Origin: an uncultured Alphaproteobacteria bacterium
Lineage (GTDB): Bacteria; Pseudomonadota; Alphaproteobacteria; HIMB59; GCA-002718135
Length of the DNA stretch: 51,721 bases
Direction of reading: 5' to 3'
NCBI GenBank assembly: GCA_902518985.1
Contig: CABYIF010000004.1
Coordinates: forward strand, 1-51,721
In this document: in pieces, positions 42,249 to 50,951 of the stretch
Numbering within the stretch: the first letter of the stretch is position 1
How the letters are laid out: each line of letters starts with the position of its first letter
The notes under the pieces: generated by a model
Seen by the model: the letters and a program-made list of their open reading frames with translations, nothing else
Told to the model about the DNA's origin: nothing
The model's database searches: none
Program-made: the position numbers and the translations under genes

Positions 42249-43400
42249 ATGAATAAAAAACTTAAACTTGGAATGATTGGTGGTGGAAATGGAGCTTTCA
42301 TAGGTGCTGTTCATCGACTATGTGCGAGGATGGATAACAAATACGAATTTGTTGCTGGATGTTTATCTTCAACTCCAGAAAAGGCTGCAAAATCAGCTGA
42401 AGAAATTGGCTTAGATCCATCAAGAAGCTATCCTGATTTTAAGACAATGGCAGAAAAAGAATCGCTTAGAGAAGATGGAATAGATGTTGTTTCAATTGTA
42501 ACTCCCAATCATATGCATGCAGAACCTGCAATTGAATTTTTAAAAAAAAATATACATGTTATTTGTGATAAACCGATGACTTCAACAATGGAGGATGCTC
42601 ATAAATTATTTGAAACAGTTTCTCAATCTAAAGCACACTTTTTTCTAACGCATAATTATTCCGGCTATCCAGTTGTAAGAGAAATGCGTTCATTAATTAA
42701 AATTGGTGAACTTGGTAAAATAAGAACAGTTAAAGGTTCATATCTTCAAGGATGGTTGGGCTCGAAAGAAGAAGAAACAGGTGAAAATAAACAAGCAGAG
42801 TGGAGAACAGATCCAAAAAGGAGTGGTGTTGCTGGTGCTGTCGGAGATATTGGGAGTCATACAATGCATTTAATTGAATTTATTACTGGAGAAAAATTAA
42901 TCTCTGTAGCTGCTGATCTAACAACATTTGTTGATGGAAGAAAACTTGAGGATGATGCCTCAATTATGATTAGGATGTCAAATAAGGTAAAAGGTAATTT
43001 GTCAATCTCTCAAGTTGCAACTGGTGAAGAAAATAATTTTAGATTATCAATATATGGAGACAAAGGGGCACTTCATTGGTCACAAGAGAATCCAAATTAT
43101 GCTACGTTTAGTAAACTTGAAAAGCCAAACCAAATAATAACTAGAGGTGGATCAATAAAACAAGATGGATCATTTTCTCATGAAAGAGTACCAGCTGGCC
43201 ATCCAGAAGGATATCTTGAAGCTTTTGCACAAATTTATTCAGATGCTGCAGATGTCATACAAAATAAAGAAAATAAAACCGACTTAATTAAAATTCTACC
43301 AAATGTTAATGATGGACTTCACATTATGAAATTCATTAAGGCTACTGTAGATTCGAATAATAATAACTCTGCATGGACAGATTTATCAACAATCAAATAG
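42249..43400 (+). CDS. Gfo/Idh/MocA oxidoreductase (possible 3-keto-sugar reductase)
   Basis: LGMIGGGNGAFIGAVHR, ICDKP, WRTDP, GDIGSH, PAGHPEGYLEAF. Confidence 0.88.
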   Translation: MNKKLKLGMIGGGNGAFIGAVHRLCARMDNKYEFVAGCLSSTPEKAAKSAEEIGLDPSRSYPDFKTMAEKESLREDGIDVVSIVTPNHMHAEPAIEFLKKNIHVICDKPMTSTMEDAHKLFETVSQSKAHFFLTHNYSGYPVVREMRSLIKIGELGKIRTVKGSYLQGWLGSKEEETGENKQAEWRTDPKRSGVAGAVGDIGSHTMHLIEFITGEKLISVAADLTTFVDGRKLEDDASIMIRMSNKVKGNLSISQVATGEENNFRLSIYGDKGALHWSQENPNYATFSKLEKPNQIITRGGSIKQDGSFSHERVPAGHPEGYLEAFAQIYSDAADVIQNKENKTDLIKILPNVNDGLHIMKFIKATVDSNNNNSAWTDLSTIK

Positions 43401-43508
43401 ATATAATTTCCTATAAAACTTAGATATATTGGCATATGCATTTTTTGCATACTTATTTTTACATTTTGAAACTTAATAAATTAAAGAATTAAATTATATA
43501 CATCATTA

Positions 43509-43558
43509 CGTTCATCACTCTTAGGAGTGACGGAAGTAGACGAAAGTCGAAGGAACGC
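43509..43558 (+). ncRNA. Glutamine riboswitch aptamer 1 (glnA RNA motif)
   Basis: P1 CGTTC/GAACG; P2 TCACTC-ttag-GAGTGA; P3 CGGAAGTA-GAC-gaaa-GTC-GAAG with E-loop; lies in the amt leader. Confidence 0.88.
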
Positions 43559-43575
43559 ATGCTAAGTTATTAAAT

Positions 43576-43626
43576 CGTTCAATCTGAATTTATTCAGATC
43601 GGAAGTAGGTAATACCGAAGGAACGC
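43576..43626 (+). ncRNA. Glutamine riboswitch aptamer 2 (glnA RNA motif)
   Basis: P1 CGTTC/GAACG; P2 ATCTGAA-ttta-TTCAGAT; CGGAAGTA-GGT-aat-ACC-GAAG; stems differ from aptamer 1 but still pair. Confidence 0.88.
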
Positions 43627-43666
43627 GGATCTTATATATTAATTTCCATAGCGACGCATGAATAGT

Positions 43667-43695
43667 AACACACTGCTCACGGTGAGCTGTGTTTT
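43667..43695 (+). terminator. Leader hairpin; candidate expression platform or attenuator
   Basis: AACACA-ct-GCTCA-cgg-TGAGC-TGTGTT followed by TT, about 15 nt before SD GGAGG (43710-43714). Confidence 0.5.
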
Positions 43696-43718
43696 GTGAA
43701 ATTTATAATGGAGGATTA

Positions 43719-45005
43719 ATGTTAAAAAAATCTCTTTATTTAATTGGAATAGTATCTTGTTTTTTACTATTTAGCTCTCATGCTAGAGCAGAAGTAGATG
43801 CTGAAGTAGCATATATTTTAAATACATTTTCATTTTTAGTTTGTGGTTTCCTAGTGATGTGGATGGCTGCAGGTTTCTTATTTTTAGAGTCAGGTCTTGT
43901 TACTACTAGAAGTGTTTCAACTATTGCTGCTAAAAATATTGGCAAGTTTGCAATAGTTTCTATTGTTTTTTATTTATTTGGATACAATTTAGGTTACGGA
44001 GTAGAAGAAGGCGGTATTTTAGGTTTTCCTTCATTGTGGACTGATAATACATCTATAGAAACAGGATATTCAGATGCCTCAGATTGGTTTTTTCAGGCCT
44101 TATTTGTATGTGCAACAGTATCAATTGTATCTGGTGCAGTTGCTGAAAGAATTAAAATTTGGCCTTTTTTTGTTTTTGCTGCAATATTAGGTGGTTTTAT
44201 ATATCCTATACAGATGGGATGGGAGTGGGGAGGTGGTTGGCTTGATGCTCTAGGCTTTTCTGATTTTGCTGGATCTACATTAGTTCATGCATGTGGTGGA
44301 TCTGCAGCTTTAGCAGGTGTTATCTTACTTGGGCCAAGGTTAGGTAGATTTACAGAATCAGGTGAGCCAGCAAATATGGCTCCATTTGCACCTTCTTCAA
44401 TTCCATTAGTTACTCTAGGCACTTTCATTTTATGGATGGGTTGGTATGGTTTTAATGGTGGATCGCAACTAGCATTGGGCTCCTATGAAGATGCAACCGC
44501 AATGTCTCAAATTTTTATGAATACGCAGTTGGCTGCGTGTGGCGGTTGTATGGCAGGAGCAATTATAACAAGAGTAATAGGTGGTAAAACCGACATAGTA
44601 ATGATGCTTAATGGTGCTTTAGCAGGATTAGTATCTATAACAGCAGAGCCTTTGATGCCAACACCTCTTTTAGCAATCTTTATTGGAGCAATTGGTGGAG
44701 TAATTATGTATTATGGTACTAAGCTTCTTAATTCATTAAAACTTGATGATGTTGTAGGAGCTATTCCAGTTCATATGTTTGCAGGAATTTGGGGAACAAT
44801 GATAGTGCCTTTTACAAATCCTGAAGCATCATTTGGGATTCAGCTAATAGGTGTAATTTCAATTTGTTTATTTGTATTTATATTTTCTTACATAGTTATT
44901 TACATAATCAAATACACTATGGGACTTCGGATCAGTGAAGAAGCTGAGAAGCTTGGTACTGATAAAGCTGAAGTAGGAGTAATAGCCTACTCTATACGTG
45001 ATTAA
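43719..45005 (+). CDS. amtB: Ammonium transporter (Amt family)
   Basis: Signal peptide, SGAVAER, DFAGSTLVH, GWYGFNGGS, NGALAGLV, DDVVGAIPVH (twin His); ATG 43719 after GGAGG. Confidence 0.95.
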   Translation: MLKKSLYLIGIVSCFLLFSSHARAEVDAEVAYILNTFSFLVCGFLVMWMAAGFLFLESGLVTTRSVSTIAAKNIGKFAIVSIVFYLFGYNLGYGVEEGGILGFPSLWTDNTSIETGYSDASDWFFQALFVCATVSIVSGAVAERIKIWPFFVFAAILGGFIYPIQMGWEWGGGWLDALGFSDFAGSTLVHACGGSAALAGVILLGPRLGRFTESGEPANMAPFAPSSIPLVTLGTFILWMGWYGFNGGSQLALGSYEDATAMSQIFMNTQLAACGGCMAGAIITRVIGGKTDIVMMLNGALAGLVSITAEPLMPTPLLAIFIGAIGGVIMYYGTKLLNSLKLDDVVGAIPVHMFAGIWGTMIVPFTNPEASFGIQLIGVISICLFVFIFSYIVIYIIKYTMGLRISEEAEKLGTDKAEVGVIAYSIRD

Positions 45006-45012
45006 TACAAAA

Positions 45013-45051
45013 TTAGTGATTGCCTCTCAAACTCCTTATATCAATCACTAA
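45013..45051 (+). ncRNA. Hairpin with C/U-rich anti-SD loop in the amt 3' region (candidate sRNA)
   Basis: Perfect 10-bp stem TTAGTGATTG/CAATCACTAA enclosing CCTCTCAAACTCCTTATAT. Confidence 0.45.
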
Positions 45052-45052
45052 C

Positions 45053-45079
45053 ATGGGGGATTTATTCCCCCATTTAATT
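45053..45079 (+). terminator. Terminator-like hairpin downstream of amt
   Basis: ATGGGGGA-tttat-TCCCCCAT followed by TTAATT. Confidence 0.7.
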
Positions 45080-45143
45080 ACTTTTAATTTATTAATTCAT
45101 AGATTAAAAAGATTTAAATATTTCAAATACAATGGAGAAATAA

Positions 45144-45335
45144 ATGAAGACAGTTTTTATAATTTCTGGAAAAAAATACATACTTAAATATGAAAGAAAA
45201 ATGCCTGAAAAAGAAGTTATTAAAATGAAGTCTTTCGTAACAGAAAAGGGTGAAAAATTAATTAAAACATCAAAATTTAAAATAAAAAAAATTGTTGAAA
45301 AGGATGATAAGAGAAATTTTGAGATAATTTTGTAA
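45144..45335 (+). CDS. Small basic hypothetical protein (63 aa)
   Basis: GGAG SD upstream of ATG; fills the gap and abuts the convergent yqgE stop. Confidence 0.7.
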   Translation: MKTVFIISGKKYILKYERKMPEKEVIKMKSFVTEKGEKLIKTSKFKIKKIVEKDDKRNFEIIL

Positions 45336-45887
45336 TTAACAATTACCTGAAATATACGACAGCTTAGAGGCGTCAACACCTAGTAAATTATAAGCATCTT
45401 TCCATTTATTAGTAACGCTTTCTTCAAATATAAAACTATTGTCAGTTTCTAAAGTCATCCAACTATTAGATGCTAATTCTGTTTCTATCTGTCCAGGACC
45501 CCATCCAGCATAACCCAATGCTAATATACTATTTTTAGGACCATTACCTCTAGACAAATCTTCAAAAAACTCTGAGGTACTAGTTAAAGCAATACCTTTG
45601 GCTATATTTAAAGTTTCTTTTTGAACAACTTCATCAGAATGAAGAACAAAACCTCTGCCACTTTCGACTGGGCCCCCATACCTTATATATAATTTTTTAT
45701 CTGTGATTGGTTTATCAATACCTAGTTGTTCTAGGAGATCTGGATATAAGTCATAATCTATTTTCTTATTTATTATTATACCCATTGCTCCGTCCTTAGA
45801 ATGGGCACACATATAAATCACTGTTTTTTCAAACCTCTCATCTTCTAAAGAGGGCATTGAAATTAAGAACTGTCCTGTTAAATTCAT
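45336..45887 (-). CDS. YqgE/AlgH (DUF179) family protein
   Basis: GAMGIIIN, GGPVE..RGFVLH, LGYAGWGPGQ. Confidence 0.92.
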   Translation of the reverse strand: MNLTGQFLISMPSLEDERFEKTVIYMCAHSKDGAMGIIINKKIDYDLYPDLLEQLGIDKPITDKKLYIRYGGPVESGRGFVLHSDEVVQKETLNIAKGIALTSTSEFFEDLSRGNGPKNSILALGYAGWGPGQIETELASNSWMTLETDNSFIFEESVTNKWKDAYNLLGVDASKLSYISGNC

Positions 45888-45943
45888 ATAATATATATAT
45901 TTTAATAATTAATTATATTTCAATATTGTATTAATTTTTTCTT

Positions 45944-48001
45944 ATGGACAAGATAATAAAAACTATAAAATATCTAATAATTTCAATAATTTTTAGTTCT
46001 GTGTCAATATATAGCAACACTATTTATGCTTTATCTAGTGAGTGGGTAGTTAACGATAAATCAAAAGTAAGATTAGTTTCATCAAAGACAAATTCTGATT
46101 TTGCAGACTCAATTTTAATTGGTTTAGAATATCAATTAGAACCAGGGTGGAAAACATATTGGAAATCTCCAGGAGGAGGAGGTTTTCCTCAAGAAATTGT
46201 TTGGAATAAATCAGAAAATATTAAAAAATTTGAAATTGATTGGCCTACGCCAAAAAAATTTAAGATACTCGGATTGTCCTCATTAGGATATGAAGATAGT
46301 GTAATTTTTCCCATAGAATTAAAATTAATTGATATTAATAAAACAACATTAATTAAATTAAATACTAATTATTTAGTTTGTAAAAATATTTGTATACCTG
46401 GAAATGCAAATTTGACTCTTGAAGTTCCACCAGGAATTGGAAAATACACTAACTTTTTATATGAAATAGAAAAAACAAAATCTTCATTACCGTTTACTGA
46501 CTTAGAATTGAGTCCAATTAATAAAATAGATGTTACCGCAATTAATAATACAAAAAGTATAGAAATATATATCAATGCAGACTCTAAAAAGTCTTTCATA
46601 AATCCAGATATTTTTATTCATACTCCTTATGGTTTGCCAGTATCAGAACCAATAAATGAATTTTCTTTAAATTTAAAAAAAATAAGCTCAAAGTTCAATT
46701 TCAACACAAAACTTTTTAATGAAAAAATTTTTCCTATAGAAATTTTAATAAATGATAAAAATCATAATTATAAATTTATTAAAAATGTAAAAATAAATGA
46801 CTCAGTATCAAAAGTAATAATAAAAGATCCAATATTATATATATTAATAATTTCTGTATTAGGTGGATTAATATTAAATTTGATGCCTTGTGTTTTTCCA
46901 GTTTTATCAATCAAACTAATGTCTGTTATGAATAATAAATCTGAAAAAATTAGATTAAGTTTTATCTATACATCCATTGGAATTATATTTTCATTTTTAC
47001 TGCTAGCAATTTTTTTTCTTACCTTAAAACAACTAAATTTTTCTGTTGCTTGGGGCATGCAATTCCAGGAACCATATTTTTTAATATTTATTTTATTAGT
47101 ACTATCAATATTTTCTCTAAATACCCTTGGATTATTTCAAATTGATCTGCCACTTTCAATTAGATCTTCAAATATTTTTAATGAAAGAAATAGTTTTTTT
47201 GCTAAAAATTTTTTTAATGGTTTCTTTGCTACACTATTAGCTACACCTTGCTCAGCTCCTTTTATTGGAACTGCTATTACAGCTGCATTTACACAAAGTT
47301 CTTTAACACTTTTTCTGATTTTTATTTCAATGGGGTTGGGTATGAGTATGCCGTATTTAATTGTAGTACTTTTTCCTAAGTTAGTGTTTTTATTACCTAG
47401 ATCAGGAAAGTGGACAATTTATACTAAATACTTTTTATCTATTCTTTTAATTGGAACAATAATTTGGATTTTTAATATACTTTTAAATTTTTATAATTTT
47501 TATTTTGTTTTAATTTTTATACTCATTGTAGTTTTATTTATTATTTCTATAAGAATAAATTTACTCAAATATACAATATCAATTTTATCGTTAATTATTA
47601 TGTTTTTAATTCCTTCTTTTGATTTAATAAAAGTAAATAATACAAATGATGATAATGGTAATTGGTTAAATTTTTTAGAAACGGATATCACAGAGCTCAT
47701 TGAAAACGACAAATTAGTTTTTATTGACATAACTGCAGATTGGTGTGCTACTTGTCAATTCAATAAAATCAATGTTTTGCAAACAAAAATAATAAAAGAA
47801 GCATTTGATAAAAATGAAATTATATTAGTAAGGGCAGATTGGACAAAACCTAGTAAAGAGATTGATAATTACTTAAAAAAATATAACAAATTTGGAATTC
47901 CTTTCAATGCCTTTTTTTCCTCAAAATATCGAAATGGATTAATATTATCTGAAATATTATCTAAAAAACAAATATTAAATTCAATTGATAAAATCAAATG
48001 A
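45944..48001 (+). CDS. DsbD/ScsB-family thiol:disulfide interchange protein
   Basis: GWKTYWKSPG and CKNIC (alpha domain); NLMPCVFP and ATPCSAP (TM domain); WCATC (thioredoxin domain). Confidence 0.92.
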   Translation: MDKIIKTIKYLIISIIFSSVSIYSNTIYALSSEWVVNDKSKVRLVSSKTNSDFADSILIGLEYQLEPGWKTYWKSPGGGGFPQEIVWNKSENIKKFEIDWPTPKKFKILGLSSLGYEDSVIFPIELKLIDINKTTLIKLNTNYLVCKNICIPGNANLTLEVPPGIGKYTNFLYEIEKTKSSLPFTDLELSPINKIDVTAINNTKSIEIYINADSKKSFINPDIFIHTPYGLPVSEPINEFSLNLKKISSKFNFNTKLFNEKIFPIEILINDKNHNYKFIKNVKINDSVSKVIIKDPILYILIISVLGGLILNLMPCVFPVLSIKLMSVMNNKSEKIRLSFIYTSIGIIFSFLLLAIFFLTLKQLNFSVAWGMQFQEPYFLIFILLVLSIFSLNTLGLFQIDLPLSIRSSNIFNERNSFFAKNFFNGFFATLLATPCSAPFIGTAITAAFTQSSLTLFLIFISMGLGMSMPYLIVVLFPKLVFLLPRSGKWTIYTKYFLSILLIGTIIWIFNILLNFYNFYFVLIFILIVVLFIISIRINLLKYTISILSLIIMFLIPSFDLIKVNNTNDDNGNWLNFLETDITELIENDKLVFIDITADWCATCQFNKINVLQTKIIKEAFDKNEIILVRADWTKPSKEIDNYLKKYNKFGIPFNAFFSSKYRNGLILSEILSKKQILNSIDKIK

Positions 48002-48474
48002 CAAAAAATATACCTAACATTAAAGTTCCAATAATTAAAAATGGAATTACTTATATCTCTTCACTAAAAGAAGAGTTTAAAAATAAAAATATTGTTTTTT
48101 TTGGTGTACCAGGTGCTTTTACGCCTACTTGCTCTGAGAAACATTTACCCGATTATATTAAATCCATAAATTTATTTGAAAAAAAGGGTATTTTTAATAT
48201 TTATTGTTTATCTGTAAATGATGAACATGTGATGAAAGCATGGTTGCTAAGTCACTCAAATTCAGAAAAAATAATAGGTATAGCAGATGGAAATGCTGAA
48301 ATTACAAAATATTTTGAATTATTATCAGATAAAACAAAAAATTTTATGGGTTTTAGATCTTCTAGATTTGCTATGATTATTAATAATAATATTATTAAAA
48401 ATATTTTTGTTGAAAAACCAGGTGAATATAAAGTAAGCTCCCCATTAAGTATCTTAGAGGAATTAAATGAATAA
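47998..48474 (+). CDS. Peroxiredoxin, Prx5/redoxin family
   Basis: VPGAFTPTCS, SVND, RSSRFAM. Confidence 0.92.
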   Translation: MTKNIPNIKVPIIKNGITYISSLKEEFKNKNIVFFGVPGAFTPTCSEKHLPDYIKSINLFEKKGIFNIYCLSVNDEHVMKAWLLSHSNSEKIIGIADGNAEITKYFELLSDKTKNFMGFRSSRFAMIINNNIIKNIFVEKPGEYKVSSPLSILEELNE

Positions 48475-49204
48475 AATTAACTTAAATAATAAAGTAGCAG
48501 TTGTAACAGGTGGAGTTCAGGGATTTGGTTTAGCTATAACAAAAAGATTTATAGAATCTGGTTGTAAAGTTATCATCTGGGATCAAGATGAAAAGTTACT
48601 AAATGAATTGAATTTAGATAACATAATTAAAATAAAAGTAGATGTTACAAATTTTGATAATGTGCAAGAAGCATTTTCTAAATCAATAGATCAAACTGGT
48701 AGAATTGACATTTTAATTAATAATGCAGGTATTGCTGGACCAAGTTACAAGTCTTGGGAATATCCTAATAGAGATTGGCAAAAAGTAATGAATGTGGATG
48801 TCGATAGTGTCTTTTATTGTTGTAAAACTATTGTTCCACACATGATAAAAAATAATTATGGCAGGATAGTTAATATATCTTCAATTGCTGGTAAAGAAGG
48901 TAATCCAAACGCTATGCCTTACAGTGCTGCAAAAGCTGCTGTGATTGCTCTCACAAAATCACTAGGCAAAGAACTAGCTGATAAAAATATTGCAGTCAAT
49001 TGTGTTACTCCAGCTGCGGCCAAAACACGAATATTTGATCAAATTAGTCAAGAACACATAGACTACATGCTATCCAAAATTCCAAGAAATAGGTTTATAC
49101 TTGTAGATGAGCTTGCTTCTCTAGTATCATGGATGTCTTCAGAGGAAAATTCATTTACAACTGGAGCAGTATTTGATCTTAGTGGAGGAAGAGCTACTTA
49201 TTAG
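48467..49204 (+). CDS. SDR oxidoreductase, 2-keto-3-deoxy-L-rhamnonate 4-dehydrogenase (LRA5)-like
   Basis: TGGVQGFG, NNAG, YSAAK; AGKEGNPNA and C-terminal SFTTGAVFDLSGGRATY recall LRA5. Confidence 0.75.
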   Translation: MNKINLNNKVAVVTGGVQGFGLAITKRFIESGCKVIIWDQDEKLLNELNLDNIIKIKVDVTNFDNVQEAFSKSIDQTGRIDILINNAGIAGPSYKSWEYPNRDWQKVMNVDVDSVFYCCKTIVPHMIKNNYGRIVNISSIAGKEGNPNAMPYSAAKAAVIALTKSLGKELADKNIAVNCVTPAAAKTRIFDQISQEHIDYMLSKIPRNRFILVDELASLVSWMSSEENSFTTGAVFDLSGGRATY

Positions 49205-49211
49205 TGATAAT

Positions 49212-50945
49212 ATGAGTAAGAAAAATAAGCTTAGATCATCAAATTGGTATAATTCTCAAACTCATAGAAGAGACACGTTTGTTCATCGTGGGTGGATGAG
49301 AAATCAAGGACATCCAAGTCACTTGTTTGATGGTAGACCAGTAATAGGGATTTGTAACACTTGGTCAGAATTAACACCATGCAATGGACACTTTAGAGAA
49401 ATATCTGAGTCAGTAAAAAAAGGTGTTTATGAAGCAGGAGGTTTTCCATTAGAGTTTCCAGTTTTTTCAGCAAGTGAATCAAATTTAAGACCAACTGCAA
49501 TGTTATTTAGAAACCTAGCAAGTATGGATGTTGAAGAAGCAATCAGAGGTAATCCAATTGATGGAGTAGTTCTTTTAATGGGTTGTGATAAAACTACTCC
49601 TTCGTTATTAATGGGAGCAGGAAGTGTTGATCTTCCAACTATTGGTATATCAGGAGGTCCGATGCTTAATGGTCAGCATAGAGGAGAAACTATTGGTTCT
49701 GGAACAGGAGTATGGGAGCTAGACGCGGATTTAAATGCAGGATTAATAACAGAAGAAGATTTTGTAGAGGCAGAAATTTCTATGAGTCGGTCCAAAGGAA
49801 ATTGTATGACTATGGGAACTGCATCTACAATGGGCAGTATGGTTGAGGCTTTAGGTATGTCATTACCTGGAAATGCAGCAATACCTGCTGTTGACGCTAG
49901 AAGATATTCGTTAGCCCATATGTCAGGAAGAAGAATAGTTGAAATGGTAAAAGAAAATCTAATAATGTCTAAAATTATTTCAAAAAAATCTTTCGAAAAT
50001 GCAATTAAAGTAAATGGCGCAATAGGTGGATCAACAAATGCAGTTATTCATCTAGCTGCAGTTGCAGGAAGACTAGAAATTGATTTGGATCTTAGTGATT
50101 GGGAAGTATGTGGAAAGGATATTCCAACTATAGTAAATTTACAACCCTCTGGAAAATATTTAATGGAAGACTTTTATTACGCAGGAGGCTTACCAGTAGT
50201 TATAAAGCGTCTTCTTGAACAAAATTTACTAAATGGAGATTGTGTTACTGTAAATGGAAAAACTATTTCTGAAAATAACATGAAAGCAAATTGTTGGAAT
50301 AATGAAGTAATAAAAAAATTTGATGACCCTCTTATAAGGGATGGAGGCATAAAAATTTTAAGAGGAAATATTGCTCCTGATGGAGCAATTATCAAACCAT
50401 CAGCTGCAACTCCTAAATTAATGAAACATAAAGGTAAAGCAGTTGTTTTTGAGTCAATAGAAGATCTCCACACTAAAATTGATGATCCTAATTTAGAAGT
50501 AGATGAAAACTCAATTCTTGTTTTAAAAAATTGTGGCCCTAGAGGATATCCCGGGATGGCTGAAGTTGGAAATATGAGACTACCTAAGAAACTTTTGAAA
50601 AAAGGTGTCAGAGATATGATTAGAATTTCTGATGCTAGGATGAGCGGTACTGCTTTTGGTACTGTTATTTTACATACATCACCAGAAGCTGCTATTAAAG
50701 GCCCATTAGCGGCTGTTCAAAATGGTGACTTTATAGAAGTAGATGTTAATAAAGGTTTAATGAATTTATTAGTTGATGAAAAAATAATATTAAAAAGATT
50801 AGAGTCATACAAGCCAATTCTTCCAGATATAAGTAGTGGATATCAAAAAATGTATATCGACCATGTTATGCAAGCTGATAAAGGAGCAGATTTAGATTTT
50901 TTAGTTGGTAAAAGAGGACATGAAGTTAAAAGGCATAGTCATTAA
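49212..50945 (+). CDS. IlvD/Edd-family sugar-acid dehydratase (L-arabinonate dehydratase-like)
   Basis: ELTPCN, GCDKT, CMTMGTAS (three Fe-S Cys), ISDARMSGT; ATG 49212. Confidence 0.88.
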   Translation: MSKKNKLRSSNWYNSQTHRRDTFVHRGWMRNQGHPSHLFDGRPVIGICNTWSELTPCNGHFREISESVKKGVYEAGGFPLEFPVFSASESNLRPTAMLFRNLASMDVEEAIRGNPIDGVVLLMGCDKTTPSLLMGAGSVDLPTIGISGGPMLNGQHRGETIGSGTGVWELDADLNAGLITEEDFVEAEISMSRSKGNCMTMGTASTMGSMVEALGMSLPGNAAIPAVDARRYSLAHMSGRRIVEMVKENLIMSKIISKKSFENAIKVNGAIGGSTNAVIHLAAVAGRLEIDLDLSDWEVCGKDIPTIVNLQPSGKYLMEDFYYAGGLPVVIKRLLEQNLLNGDCVTVNGKTISENNMKANCWNNEVIKKFDDPLIRDGGIKILRGNIAPDGAIIKPSAATPKLMKHKGKAVVFESIEDLHTKIDDPNLEVDENSILVLKNCGPRGYPGMAEVGNMRLPKKLLKKGVRDMIRISDARMSGTAFGTVILHTSPEAAIKGPLAAVQNGDFIEVDVNKGLMNLLVDEKIILKRLESYKPILPDISSGYQKMYIDHVMQADKGADLDFLVGKRGHEVKRHSH

Positions 50946-50951
50946 ATATTT

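Noticed and set aside
43430-43451. Sigma-54 promoter or NtrC box upstream of amt (TGGCATATGCATTTTTTGCATA)
   Set aside because: GG-to-GC spacing is 14 nt rather than 10, and the TATGCA-N5-TGCATA dyad does not fit TGCAC-N7-GTGCA; it might bind another factor but this is unsupported
43509-43626. Direct repeats (CGGAAGTAG, CGAAGGAACGC) as a mini-CRISPR
   Set aside because: Only two copies, no cas genes, and the variable parts form stems matching the glnA aptamer
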